From Vicugna vicugna (taxonomy: Eukaryota), in assembly GCA_013265495.1 (NCBI GenBank), contig MU058540.1, forward strand, positions 1,079,696-1,143,695: DNA of 64,000 nt, read 5' to 3'. The notes under the pieces are model-generated. The model ran no database searches and was not told where the DNA came from. It saw only the letters and a list, made by a program, of their open reading frames with translations. Position 1 is the first letter of the stretch, and each line of letters begins with the position of its first letter. Shown in pieces: positions 26,696 to 38,712 of this stretch. The position numbers and the translations under genes are program-made.

Positions 26696-29600
26696 TGCAT
26701 TTGAGGCTGCTCTAGTGTTCACACCAAAAGTCAGCACTTATTTCATTAAGCACTTGTCATGTGTTAAGCATGGGGGTTTCAACAGTGAGCAAGGAAGAAT
26801 GATACCTGACTGTACAGTCTAAAGTCTAGCACAGAAAACAACTAGAAAAGCAATAAAGCATGATAAATATGATGCTAGAAGTACAGCCTTCAACAGAAAC
26901 ACACAGGAAGACTAAGTCTGCAGAGAGGAATCACAAAGACTTCATGCAGAAAAAAGCCTTCAGGCTGAAGCACAAAGTTAGCCAGGTGTGCCAAACACTG
27001 CGGATTGCTCACTCAATACCCACTCCACCCACACGAATGCCATGACGGCCAGCCAGCCTTGCGAAGTTATAGTCTTGACTGAGCTACAGTGAGCTGGATC
27101 AGTGTTCCCTATAAGGTCACCCATGAGTCCTGGCCTAGTTTAACAGGAAGGGTAAAGGAAACCAGACATATTTTATGATTTTGTAATGTTGAAGACAATT
27201 TGGTCTATTAGATGGTAACCTTGATTTTTAAAGTATAATCAAATAACTTACTTCTGACTTGTGATTTCAAGCTGAAAATCTTAAATTTGTATATGCCATG
27301 GGAATATTTAAAGACTCAAAGATTCACTTTACTTGTAAGTTTAACACATGACATTCATAGGACTTTTTGCTGAAGAGCCTCATAAGATTTTCATTTTTTT
27401 AAAGTCAGACAACTGAAGTTCTTTAAAAAGCAATCAAACTAAATTTATAAACACTATTTGAAACATCTGAAAGTCTTCAATGAATTGGTCTAGGTATTAT
27501 CCAAAGGCCACTTAAAGTGACTAGTAAGATCTCTTTTGCTTATAAATATAGCAATCAGATCTATAAGCATTAAGAAAGAACTAAGTTTTTAAATGTGTGC
27601 TTTTTTTAGAAGAGTTATAGCATTTTCAAAACTAAAATCCCTGAATAGTGGTTTCTGCTTACAAAACCTACCCTTCAAGGGCAATAAAAAACATCTACCT
27701 ACCTTCTCTGATTCCAAGTCTTATTCTCTGTTGATAGACACAGAATTGGAAAACCCACTCCCTACATTTTATTTTGATATAAGCCACTGAAATGATTGTC
27801 TTTGTAATGACATGTTTCTCTAGTTTTTATTGCTTGTACAAACATCTGGTTTATTTGGTACCTTATTCTTTATCCTCTCAATAATGCTGGAATAAAGTAC
27901 AGGGTATGGTAGGACTCTCCTTTGATTGGAGGGGAAAAAAATCTGCTCAAAGTCAAGCAGGATTCTTCAAAGTCAAGGCTGAGAATGGTAGGCAGTGTTT
28001 AATTTTAAACTCAGGATTCTCTTTAAGATAGGAGGTAGGGAAGATACTGAACACATGAAAAGTATAGTTTAATTATCTGTTGCTGCACTGTTCACCTTTT
28101 CGTGTCCAACCCCTTTATTCCTACTCCACTCTGTTCTCCCTTTTACCTACCGGAGGATGGTACATAATTTCCAGGAAACAAAAGGGTAACCCTGTATCTG
28201 TTCTAAATCCCTCACTGCAATTCCTACTGCAGTCATCTAGTCCCCTACATCTTAGCTGCACTTGTATAACCCAGCGGCAATTCAACCATAACATTCAAAA
28301 ACAAAACAACAACAGTAACAACAATTTGACATCTCTCTCCGGCTTTCCTGGTGTGCTCCACAAAGGTAAAGCTGTCAGACTCCCCTCCTACAACTTTTAA
28401 AACCAAGTAGCAAGTTTTGCCCAAGGTCTCTGAATTTTTTCCTTTCTCTCTATTCTAGAACCATCAGTCTACTTCAGGTCTTCCAACAACCTGTCTGAAT
28501 CCACAGAGCTGTGGTAACTCTGTCAAACATCACTTTTGCCTTAGGTCCTTCAGAAGCCAATGGATTTAAGTCAAAATTTTGTAGCTTAGGTCCACCAACT
28601 GGCCCTACCACATTTATCTGAATTGTGAAATCTTCTGGGTCAAAAAGAACTCTGATAATTTCCAGTTGGGTACTTCTTCAGGACTTTTATGCTCCGTCCA
28701 CAGTTCCATCTGTCCTAGAAGCATGTATTAATTACCTTCTGTTCACTCAGCTGTGTACTAGGCACAGGAAGGGAGGATTTAGAATGGGAAACATAATCTT
28801 TGTCCTCTGAGGTTACAACCTAGTTATAGATACCAGATACATGATAAAACGAGAGCAACATGAGCCAACATAAGTCTGCAGGAGTTTACAGCAAGGAAAG
28901 AATTCCTGGGGTATTCCAAAGTTAAATTAGTCCAAGAAGACATCAGCAAGGGCTCAAACCAAAAGAAATGTAGAATTAAGATTTTTTTCCTTCTAAGCTC
29001 TATTTTACATGTCCTTAGAATCGGTCTTAAATCTCCTCGGGAACAAGAAAGTGGGTCTAAAAAGCACTATCTATCTGACCAGGACAAGTAAGTGGGGTGG
29101 TAAAACTGACACCACTGAGTTAGGACTCCTAAATGAGATAACGTAAGCAGAGCAGAGAACACTGTTGCTGCAAGAGGCTATGGAGAAACATTAGTTCCTT
29201 CCTCCTGGTTTTGAATTGCAGATTGTTTCTCAGTTCCCCCAACAAAACTGTAAGCTCTTAAAATAAGGGAACCAAGACTTTATTTCTTTTGACTGTTAAT
29301 TCTGGAGTATCTAGTAAGATATACTGGGCATGGCCAAAGAATTCAATACATGTATGTTGAATATCATGTCACTAAATAAAAGATACTCTTGTCTCTCAAG
29401 ATGCACCATTAACAGCTTATGGCTACCAGAATTGTTTCTTTAGCCACTGTTCTATTGCCAGGACCCAGGAAGCATAGGAGAACAAGGGCCACTTCTTCCT
29501 CATTCAAAGGTTAATGAGAATAAGCCACTTATGCCAAAACTGCCTATTCCTCTTATGTCATACGGCTCATGAACCATTTGAGTCTCGATTTTCTGCCACA

Positions 29601-29866
29601 GGTAACAGAGGCAGTGTTGGAAGAGATCCCTGGGAAATCACAAAGGACTGTCTGGTATAATCAGATACAGTCACTACAATAAGCCTTCCCCTTCCACAGA
29701 GTGCCTGATAAACATTACCATGTGATAATCTGATCACCCCTTCCTTGCCTTCTTTCTGTGACCATGAGTCTGTTCATTCAGTGAGTGGTGATAATTTTAG
29801 AGCTATACAGACATGACAAGTTCACGATTACAAGGTACAGCTGCACCCTTTCTTCTCAAGGCATAC

Positions 29867-29977
29867 CTCCTCACAGACTTCACGGACTGCTGCCACACTT
29901 GGCTCCTCCTCCGGCTCCATGCCTCCTCCAGGGACAATCCATCGGTCTGGATGGCGACTACTGCTCACAAGTAGCAC
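29867..29977 (-). CDS. NUDT3: NUDT3 (diphosphoinositol polyphosphate phosphohydrolase 1, DIPP1) internal coding exon, exon 2; 111 nt, phase 0-0
   Basis: Translates to VLLVSSSRHPDRWIVPGGGMEPEEEPSVAAVREVCEE, matching mammalian NUDT3 as recalled (HPDRW and SVAAVREVCEE distinguish it from NUDT4/10/11). Acceptor is ...ctctgacttccag|GTG and donor is GAG|gtatgc. Contains most of the Nudix box. Confidence 0.96.
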
Positions 29978-31379
29978 CTGGAAGTCAGAGGTGGCATGGA
30001 CAGTTAAAAACTCAAAAAAGACACATTCATACAAATTCAGAGTTTAAACATCACAATAAAAAAAGTACCTAAGACTCATTCTTTGTTTTTACCTCTCCAA
30101 ATCACTTCCTGTAGGGTAGCTTTTGTTTGTTTGAAAAGCAGACAATCTGTCTAGTGAAAGCAGAAGGGCATCTGAACCAGTATACCCTCCCCCTCAGACT
30201 TAGCCACTTGTCCTATCTATCCTCTCCTTTGTTCCTTTCTCTAAAGCCCTTTGAACACAGAGCTGACAATGACACTTTAAAAAAAGGACTGTCACTGATG
30301 AGCCTGTGAGTGCTGTCAAGAGCTGGCCTTGGCCTAGTTGGCACCACAGTCCCAACTTTCTCTTCAAGGTTCTCATTCCTGTGTGTCCCAATTCCCACTC
30401 CCATCAGATGGCCACAGGCCAATACTACACATCATCCTAAGCTCTAAGTGTGCTCTGTGAACCTAACCGTCTCTCTAACATGAGGAGTGGAAACATTTCT
30501 TTGCATCATACTTTCAGCTGAGATAAAACTGGAATTCTTCTACTAGGAAATTTTATTAAGAAATGAAAAGAAAGCAACCAAACACATACACAAAACCGTT
30601 TCAGAATGCAGGTTACTAATTCAAACGTAACCAACATTCTAGTCATGGTTGAAATAAAATCTAGAACTTCCCTAGTTCTTTTTCCTTACCACTCTCTAGG
30701 ACAGATGCTAAATAGCTGGACTCCTCATTTGGAGGTAGAGCTGGGTTGGCATTATTTCCAAAACTAAAGGAATCCTCAACTGCTCCCTAAACAACCACTT
30801 TCTGATGATGTCTTCTGAACCTCCATCCCTACTCCAAACCATATTCCCCACCCACCCCTTCATCCTCCAGCACTTAACCTCTACTCTGCAGTCATCCTTG
30901 TTGCCATAAAATATCACTCCCTCCTCTCTAGCTCTCACAGACTCCACCACTGACTTCTAGTTACCTACCTTCCAGTCATCTCCTCTCTCCCCCTTAAGGG
31001 CTCTGCAACTATTCGGCCTCGGAAATTCTACCTTTTTCTTCATCTTTTATCCCTTTTCTTCCTGTTGTGATAGAGTCTCCTGATGTTCCTCTACAAAATC
31101 TGTGGTCTGCAGACTCAGAGGGGACTACGGAGTTATAAGAAGGAAATCCATGAGTCCATATACAGTCACTAAGACAGAGCCCATGGACTGTGAAAATAAT
31201 GTCTTACACTTACAAGCACTATTTTTAAATGTATATAAACTCTGCTTTGATTAATACAACGCAGAATAACTTAAAATAAGATAAAGTCCACAGTAGTATT
31301 TGATTGATGTATATGTTTAATCAAGTGATATTAAAAATACAACATAGAGGTTCTGTGAAATTAAGCTTTTAAATAAGAC

Positions 31380-32808
31380 TCCTCATTAGACTCCTACTTC
31401 ACACCATATACAAAAATTAACTTCAAATGGACCAGCAACCTAAATATAAGAGCTATAACTATAAACAGGGATAAATCTTAATGACCTTGGATTTGGTAAG
31501 ATAGGGCAAATTCTTAGACATGACAACAAAAGCTTGAGAAGCAAAACAAAAAAAAAAACCCTGATAAATTCAAATTCATCAAAATTTAAAACTTTTGTGC
31601 ATCAAAGGACATTATCAAGAATGTGAAAACACGACCTACAGAAAGGGAGGAAATATTTATTTGTAAATCATCTGATAAGGGTCCAGTATCCAAAAATATA
31701 TAAAGAACTCTTACAACTCAGTGACAAAACAACAAATAGCATTTCTCCTAAGAAGATATACAAATAGCCAATAAGCACACGAAAAGGTACTCAACATCAT
31801 TAATCACTAGGAAAGTACAAAGTAAAAGCACCATGAGATATCACTACACCCACTAGAATGGCTATAATTTTATAAAGAACAAGTACTAACAAGAATGTAG
31901 AGAAACTGGAGCCCTCATACATTGCTGGTAGGAATGTAAAATATTTTAGGCACTGTGGAAAACAGTCTGGTGGTTCCTGAAAAAAGTTAAACATAAAATA
32001 ACCATTTGGTGTAGAAATTCCACTCTCAGGTATATACCATACCCCCAAAGAACTGAAAATAGGTACTCAAACATTTAGACACAAATGTTCATAGTAGCAT
32101 TTATTCACAAGAACCAAAACAGAAACAACTCAAATGCCTTTCAATGGATGAATGGCTAAACAAAATGTGGCATATACATACAAGGATTAGTATTTAGCCA
32201 TAAAAAGTAATGAAGTTCTGATACATGTGACACAGTGGATGAACTTTAAGAACATTATGGAAAGGGAAAGCCAGACTCAAAAAGTCAACATACTGTAAAA
32301 TTCCATTTATATAAAATATATAGAAGAGGTAAATCCATAGAGACAGAAAGCAGATTGGTGGTTGCCAGGGACTGGAGGAAGGGACAAATAGGGAATAACT
32401 GCTTAATGGGTACAAGGTTTTATTTTGGAATGAGGAAAGTGTTTTGAAACTAGATAGAAGTGGTGGTTGCTAAATGCTGCTGACTTGTACACTTTAAAAT
32501 GGTTGTTATACAATACAGAGAAGATTAGCATGGCCCCTGTGCAAGGATGACATGAAGATTTGTGAAGTGTTCCATATTTCAAAAAACGAATAAAATAAAA
32601 TAAAATGGTTGCTATAAGAAATAAAAATTAAAAAAGAAAGAAAATGAGTAAATGCTATGCTCTGGTAGCACTGGGTACATAAATAGTTGTCATTTTATTC
32701 CAAACGTGATCTGTAAATTGGAAATAATTCTTAATTAAAATATTTTAAAACCAACCAAATAAATAAATAAAATGGTTGTTATGTTATGTGAACTTTAGCT
32801 CAATAAAA
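31380..32808 (+). mobile_element. L1MB-type ORF2 C-terminus and 3' UTR, host of two later insertions
   Basis: cacaccatatacaaaaattaac, aaaacttttgtgcatcaaaggacattatcaaga, catacattgctggtaggaatgtaaaa, ending atgttatgtgaactttagctcaataaaa. Confidence 0.9.
32510..32601 (+). pseudogene. 5'-truncated U6 snRNA retropseudogene with A-rich tail
   Basis: acaatacagagaagattagcatggcccctgtgcaaggatgacatgaagatttgtgaagtgttccatattt matches the 3' two-thirds of U6, with mostly CpG-type changes. TSD is aaaatggttg(t/c)tat. Confidence 0.93.
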
Positions 32809-32837
32809 TCAGTTTTAATATCACAGTAATTTTTTAA

Positions 32838-33262
32838 TCTTTTGAAAAATTCCTGGTGTACAGCATAGTGATTCAGTTATACATATATATTTCCTTTTCA
32901 TAGTCTTTTTCATTATAGTTTATTACAAGGTAGTGAATATAGTTCCCTGTGATATACAGTAGGACCTTGTTGTTTATCTATTTTATATATAGTAGTTAGT
33001 TATCTGCAAATCTGGAATTCCTACCACCCCTCCTTTCCCCTCTGGTAACCATAACTTTGTTTTCTATGACTGTGAGTCTGTTTCAGTTTTGTAAATAAGT
33101 TCATTTGTGTCCTTTTTTTAGATTCCACATATAAGTGATATCATATATGGTATTTTTCTTTCTCTTTCTGGCTTATTTCACTTAGTATGATCCATTCATG
33201 AAAGCATCAATTGTTACTTTCTTACAAATCTCCTGATGGGGTGTCCATCGCTTTATAAAATT
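32838..33262 (-). mobile_element. Artiodactyl/camelid-type L1 3' UTR fragment with flanking direct repeats
   Basis: ctggtgtacagcatagtgattcagttatacat...atatagttccctgtgatatacagtaggacctt...tagattccacatataagtgatatcata. Flanked by acagtaattttttaa at 32823-32837 and 33263-33277. Confidence 0.85.
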
Positions 33263-35143
33263 ACAGTAATTTTTTAAAAGCTAATGTAGTCAGTGCCATT
33301 ACTTTCTTCTTCAGAGTCTACATGTCAGAGGACTGGCCTTCCAGAAGATTATCCTTAATTTTATTATGTTAAATTATAACGCTAAAGTAATATACTATTT
33401 TCATTAAGGAAAAAGGAGATCACTGCCACATCCATTCTCCTTAATAATTATGGCTAATATTACATTTTTAAAAATTCCTTATCAAAAGAGAAATAAACCC
33501 AAGTATAATCATGTTTGTTAATTCAAGCCAAAAATTGTAAACAAAAAAAGTCCTCCAAAGAGTCTAGACAATAACATTTAAGTAATATTCTACCTAACTG
33601 ACAAGAGAGATTCAAGGAGAAAAAATTGACAAATGGGTTAATCCTTTACTGATTGTTAAATACATAACAACATGTAATCCTTCTTCCTAGAGTTCTCCCA
33701 CTTCCTGGCAAAGTGTTAACTAGACATTATAAACCTAAGCATTTGCTTCAAATGCCAACTAGGGCCATCCAATTAGGTTATAGTCCAAATGAAAGACCTT
33801 TACAGAGACACTTCAAAGCTAAAGCAAAGAAAAGGAAACCTGTAACATATTATAACAGTATAATTTAATTTCTAAATTTCAATCAATGTGAAATATTAAC
33901 TAGTAAATCTAGCCAGTGTTATTGTTTTGTACATTCAAAGCATGACTGTATGAAGTAAGGCCACATATCATCCTGAGGCTGGAGAAAGCAAGCCACATTA
34001 CTTTACAGTCATAGTTCAAAGCAAATGCTATTACCAATAAATAGGTTCTTCTCTTCAGTAAGTTTCCTTGACAACCCATTGAAAATGCACTGCAAAAACC
34101 AAAACAAAATATTCCTTACTTTAACCAGAGGCTTTACTCCTTCCTACCTTATAAAATAGTAGGTGGTGTACTGATCAGTAAATTCTTATTCTGAAACTTG
34201 ATTTTTAAATACCAATTATCTAAAAAGAAATTAAATGGCAAAGCTCCTAAAAGATTCTGAAAATGACACACCAAGAAAAAAAAAGAATTTGTCATTTATT
34301 CAACAAATATTCATTAGGCATTATCATAAGCCAGGAATGGGAGATGCAGAGATTAAAACCTTTGCAATCTTGAGGCAGATCAAAGTGGGGGACTGGCCAA
34401 CCAGCTATCAGACCTTTTGTGAAGCTCTTGTCATTAAGACAGGTGATACCCATACAGAGATGGATAAATGAACCCACAAAACACATCTATCCATATACGA
34501 ACTCTTCAATTCACGATACACGTGGACCTCCTGGGACAATATGGTATCCACATGGACACAGGGAAAAATCATTATATTGCTTAGGGACATGTGTACAGTG
34601 ACAGAATTTAGAAAAGTATGGGAATGATACACCTAGTGGGAAGGAGATTTACGCAAAGGGCTTCAGGTGAAACAGTAATGTTTAATTTCTTAGGTTTTTA
34701 AAAATTGCTTTAATATTGCTTAATACGAATTTTCAAAAGGATATATATAAAAGAAAGCCAGTCCTCGCCCTAAAGATCTAAACTGAGTAACTAGTGGAAA
34801 GAGAACAATTTAAAGAGTATTAATACAAGGCAACAAGTGCTTTGGTTGAGGTATGCACAGGATACCACAATGACACTGAAAAGAGACACCTAACCCAGGG
34901 TAGGGGGAGGAAGTAGAGGGGTGGTAACGGAAGGTTTCTTAAGGGAAGTGACTTGAGTTGAATCCAAGTTCGAAAAGGATATTTATTCAACCAAAATAAT
35001 CATCAGAAGCCTACTGTATGCTCATGTGCTGGGACACAAAGCAAGGCAAATACAGCCTCAGCTGCAGAGCCTCAGCTTCAGAAAAATTTAAAGTCCAGTG
35101 GATGAGACCAACAAGAAGTAGGTGACTGATTATATTTCAGTGA

Positions 35144-35516
35144 CTGTGCTAGGGACCAAAATGTTCACCAGATATTTCATGTTCTTTTCTACAGTATCCA
35201 GCCTCCCCTTGTTGTTACATGGGAACACCTGACTAGTTCTGGGTAATGAAATATGAGCAGAAGGGACACAGGTCACTTTTGGGCTGAGACAGGGAGAGGC
35301 CCATCTAGTCTCTCTCCTCTGTCACAGTGACCAACTCACAGTGAGTTCCAGCTGGTATAACTATAAGCCTGAGCCCCCTGAATAGAAGACAGAAGACCTC
35401 TGAAAACCCATAACTGATAGGCATCATCACAAGTAATAAAACTCTGTTGTGTTAAAACAATGAGATTTCAGGCTAAATTTGTTATGGCAGCATAACCTAG
35501 TCTATCCTGACCAACA
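35144..35516 (+). mobile_element. MaLR LTR (MLT1H/I-like) inserted in L2
   Basis: tgactagttctgggtaatgaaatatgagcagaag...aataaaactctgttgtgttaaaacaatgagattt...tttgttatggcagcataacctagtctatcctgaccaaca. Confidence 0.8.
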
Positions 35517-35639
35517 GTGTGAAAGGTCAGTGAAAGATTTCAGGACCTGTTGATTGCCTCACACTCTATCCTTAAGCACAGAGCTTGACCCGTACAACTG
35601 GCCAATAAATGTTTGATGAGCAAGTGAAAGAATGGACCA

Positions 35640-36200
35640 GTGGCTGAGAGAACAAACAACAGCTTCAAAAAAAAAAAAAAAAAGTGCAGAGAGCATACAG
35701 ATGGGGTTACTTACGAAGGTTGAACAAAAAGGCCAGGGTCCAATTATAAAGAGTTTGGACTGAAACCTGAGGACAGTGGGTAAGTAACTGAAGTTGTTAG
35801 AGTTGAGAAATGACATAACCTAATTTGGATTTTAGAAAGGTCACTCTGACTTGGGCTGGAAATGGGCAAACCTGGTAACAGATATGTGTCTGCAGTTAAT
35901 TCAGGCTGAGAAAGAACGAGGAAAAAAGTGCATGTTGGAAGGAAGTGACAGATTTCAGATATATAGAAGGAAGAGTCCACAGGCCCAGGTGACTGACAGG
36001 ATGTGGGCCAGGTCAGTGGTGGAACTGCCTTCCAAGGAGAATGTGGAAGGGTGAGTGGAGGAGGGAACCACAGGGAAGTTGTTGTCTGAACATAAGAATC
36101 TGAGAGTTCAATGAGATGTCTAATAATATTTCTAGTAGATAATCATATAAATGTGGGACTGGAGCTAAAAAGAGAGAAAGAGACAGAGATCTGAGAAACA
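35640..36200 (-). mobile_element. L2 fragments
   Basis: gagtttggactgaaacctgaggacagtggg...tgacataacctaatttggattttagaaaggtcactctg resembles antisense L2. Confidence 0.65.
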
Positions 36201-38349
36201 ATGTTCTCGTTCCCTTCCAGCCAGGATAAGACTAATAAAGGAGAGAATATGTGCATTTGCAAAGCTCTGGCTGGAGGAGCCAATCCCACTCCCACTACGT
36301 ACCTTCCACTCCCCTTGGTGTCTGGCAAGTTTCCATTCCCACTGCCAATAGTATAGCAGGGGTAGCTATACTCTAGGTATCCCAGGTTAAAGTTCTGGAA
36401 ATATTTTCTTTAAAAAATCAATTATCTATGGTGATGATCTACATCATGGAAAATCCTGGTTAGCAAGCTATATATCTTAGACATATTACTAATTTCCAGA
36501 AAATTCCCTATAGTAATGCACCTCACATAATCTCAATTCCAACAATGCAATGCCCCTGGCATTTGACAACTTGTCAACAATGCCATTACTGCCAGATAGC
36601 TCTGCTGGTAGCCCAGATGGCATAAAGGCTGCACCCTGTCAAATCTGTGACATGCCCTGAAAACTGCTTCTACAGTCAAGCATGTTCTAACCATTTATGC
36701 ATCCCTTCTTAGAAAATAAGACCAACATAATAGTGAATAATTATCTGCAGTTGTTTGGATTCCAAATAAAATTACTATTTTTTTACAGAATGTTTTAAAG
36801 AATAGCTGCCACAAGTTCTTGCACACAAGGACCTATAAAATATTTAATAGATAAGTAAAGCTGAGTATGAGTTAAAATAACTTGCTCAATTTAAAGCAAT
36901 AAATCATCATAGGGCCAAGAGCTAATAGTTTCAATTCCAGAGTTTTAGAGCCATTTTATCTTTTAGCTATTCTTCCCCCACCCAAGAGCTCAAAATACTG
37001 ATAAAAAGGAGGACATAAGCAGTCAGTTTACAAAATCCCTTCATTTTATCTAGCTAATCAGGTTGTTTATTTAACAAAAGAGGAAATTCCCTGCCTAGTA
37101 CAAAGACTGTGCTATGAACAGATATTCTGTAGTTTTTACTCTGCAATATAAAAAGGTAGTCATAGATATAAACTATTATACACAAATATTATTCTTAAGT
37201 TTGAGTCCAAGGGTATGGAGTATACTGCTAGAGTTCTAAGGGATTGAGTATCCTACCCCGTCTTCCCAAATTAATGTCCAAATGTTAAGATAACCACACA
37301 CAGCACTTTATACTGCCTGGTATTCAATAACTTTTTTAATTTCTAAAAAGACGACTAAAGAAACCAGTAAAGTTGGCTGTATTTGGGGTTACATAAAAAT
37401 AAAAATAAAGTCTTAAAGTTGCTAGATCACACTGTCTGAACATAACTTATTGGAATGATTGAGTTGTTCCTGTAAATCTTAACCCCCTCCCACAACTCTT
37501 GTAAATACTGCTGGGAAAAAAAGAAAAAAAAAAGACTAACACGGGGGGGAAGTAAATAAGAACAACAGCAGGTAGTATTCCCTCACTGCTCACTTTATGC
37601 TAGATGCTGCTATTTGACATACTCTATTTTTAATATACTACCTCCAGTTTTCAATCATACAAGCCAGGCATTATATAATTATCGCCATTACAGGGATGAG
37701 GAAACCAAAACAGATGATTTGGTGATGTGGTGAAGGGCAAAGAAAGGGTCAGCAATGAGCCAGGATTCAAACCATAGTCTATATGCCTGACTGACCATTA
37801 GGGGACCGAGAGCCTGGTACATTCGTCATGTAGCTAGCCCCATATGAAAAATCCTCTGAAAACTTAGCCACTACTGGATAAAGCTATGGCATGATTTTCT
37901 CCAGGCTAGGTACAAGGAAAACGAAAAGATGGAGAAGACACTTTAAACTAGTCTTTGATTCAAATTAAGAATCTGAAGCACTTTTCACTATTCCCTTCTA
38001 TGAACAGACAATTTGCTTATTTTACATCTTTCCTGGCCAGAGCTGTCTTCTATAGAGCAAGGGACTGTGAACTCCTCTAAATCATGCAACTTTTTCTTAC
38101 ACTTTCTTTTCTGAAAATGTTTATTAATAAATACAAAAAAATGACTAATAATTCTCAATGTGAAGTTTCATTATTTTTCACATTTGTTTAGAAACTAGCA
38201 TATTTCAAGTAATTCTTTACTTAAGCATTTACTCAAAAAGCACTGCTGTCTAGTCATTATTTGCTTAGAAATGAACTGAGGCATGGAGGGGAGGTGCGCA
38301 GAGATACATAAAAATATATAAAGCCTACACTTGAATAGCCCACTCTCTA

Positions 38350-38712
38350 ATGCAAGATCTGGCAAGCTGTGGCCCATGGGTCAAATCTAGCCTACCACCT
38401 ATTTTTCTATGGCTAATGACTTAAGAATGGTCTTCACATTTTCAAAAGGTTGAAAAGAATCAAATTGGACACAACATTGTAAAATGATTATAAATCAATA
38501 AAAAATGTTAAAAAAAAGAAAAGAATCAAATTCAAATTGTAGTGTCCATAAATAAACTTTATTAGAACACAGCCATGCTCATTCATTTTCCTAGTCAATG
38601 GATGCTTTCAAGCTACAATGGCAAAGTTGAGTAGTCTTCACAGAGATCATGTGGCCCATAAAGGCAAAAATATTTACTAACTGGTCCTTCATGGAAAAAG
38701 TTTGCCAGCCCT
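38350..38712. mobile_element. MER58-like hAT-Charlie element containing a short L1 tail
   Basis: ggcaagctgtggcccatgggtcaaatctagcc...ataaataaacttttattagaacacagccatgctcattcattt...aaaatatttactaactggtccttcatggaaaaagtttgccagccc. Confidence 0.85.
38467..38517 (+). mobile_element. 51-bp L1 3'-tail insertion with perfect 15-bp TSD
   Basis: ggacacaacattgtaaaatgattataaatcaataaaaaatgttaaaaaaaa flanked by gaaaagaatcaaatt at 38452-38466 and 38518-38532. Confidence 0.88.

Larger units (their letters stand above)
244..29866 (-). other. NUDT3: NUDT3 intron 2 (29,623 bp, GT-AG, phase 0)
   Basis: Bounded by the donor of exon 29867-29977 and the acceptor of exon 199-243; the reading frames join without a gap. 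Confidence 0.9.

Noticed and set aside
29828..30034. 68-aa ORF as a stand-alone gene
   Set aside because: Only the central 37 codons match NUDT3 and they are bounded by splice sites; the flanks are intron.
32510..32580. Functional U6 snRNA gene
   Set aside because: The 5' stem-loop is missing, there are several substitutions, it has an A-tail and TSD, and I saw no upstream PSE/TATA. It is a retrocopy.
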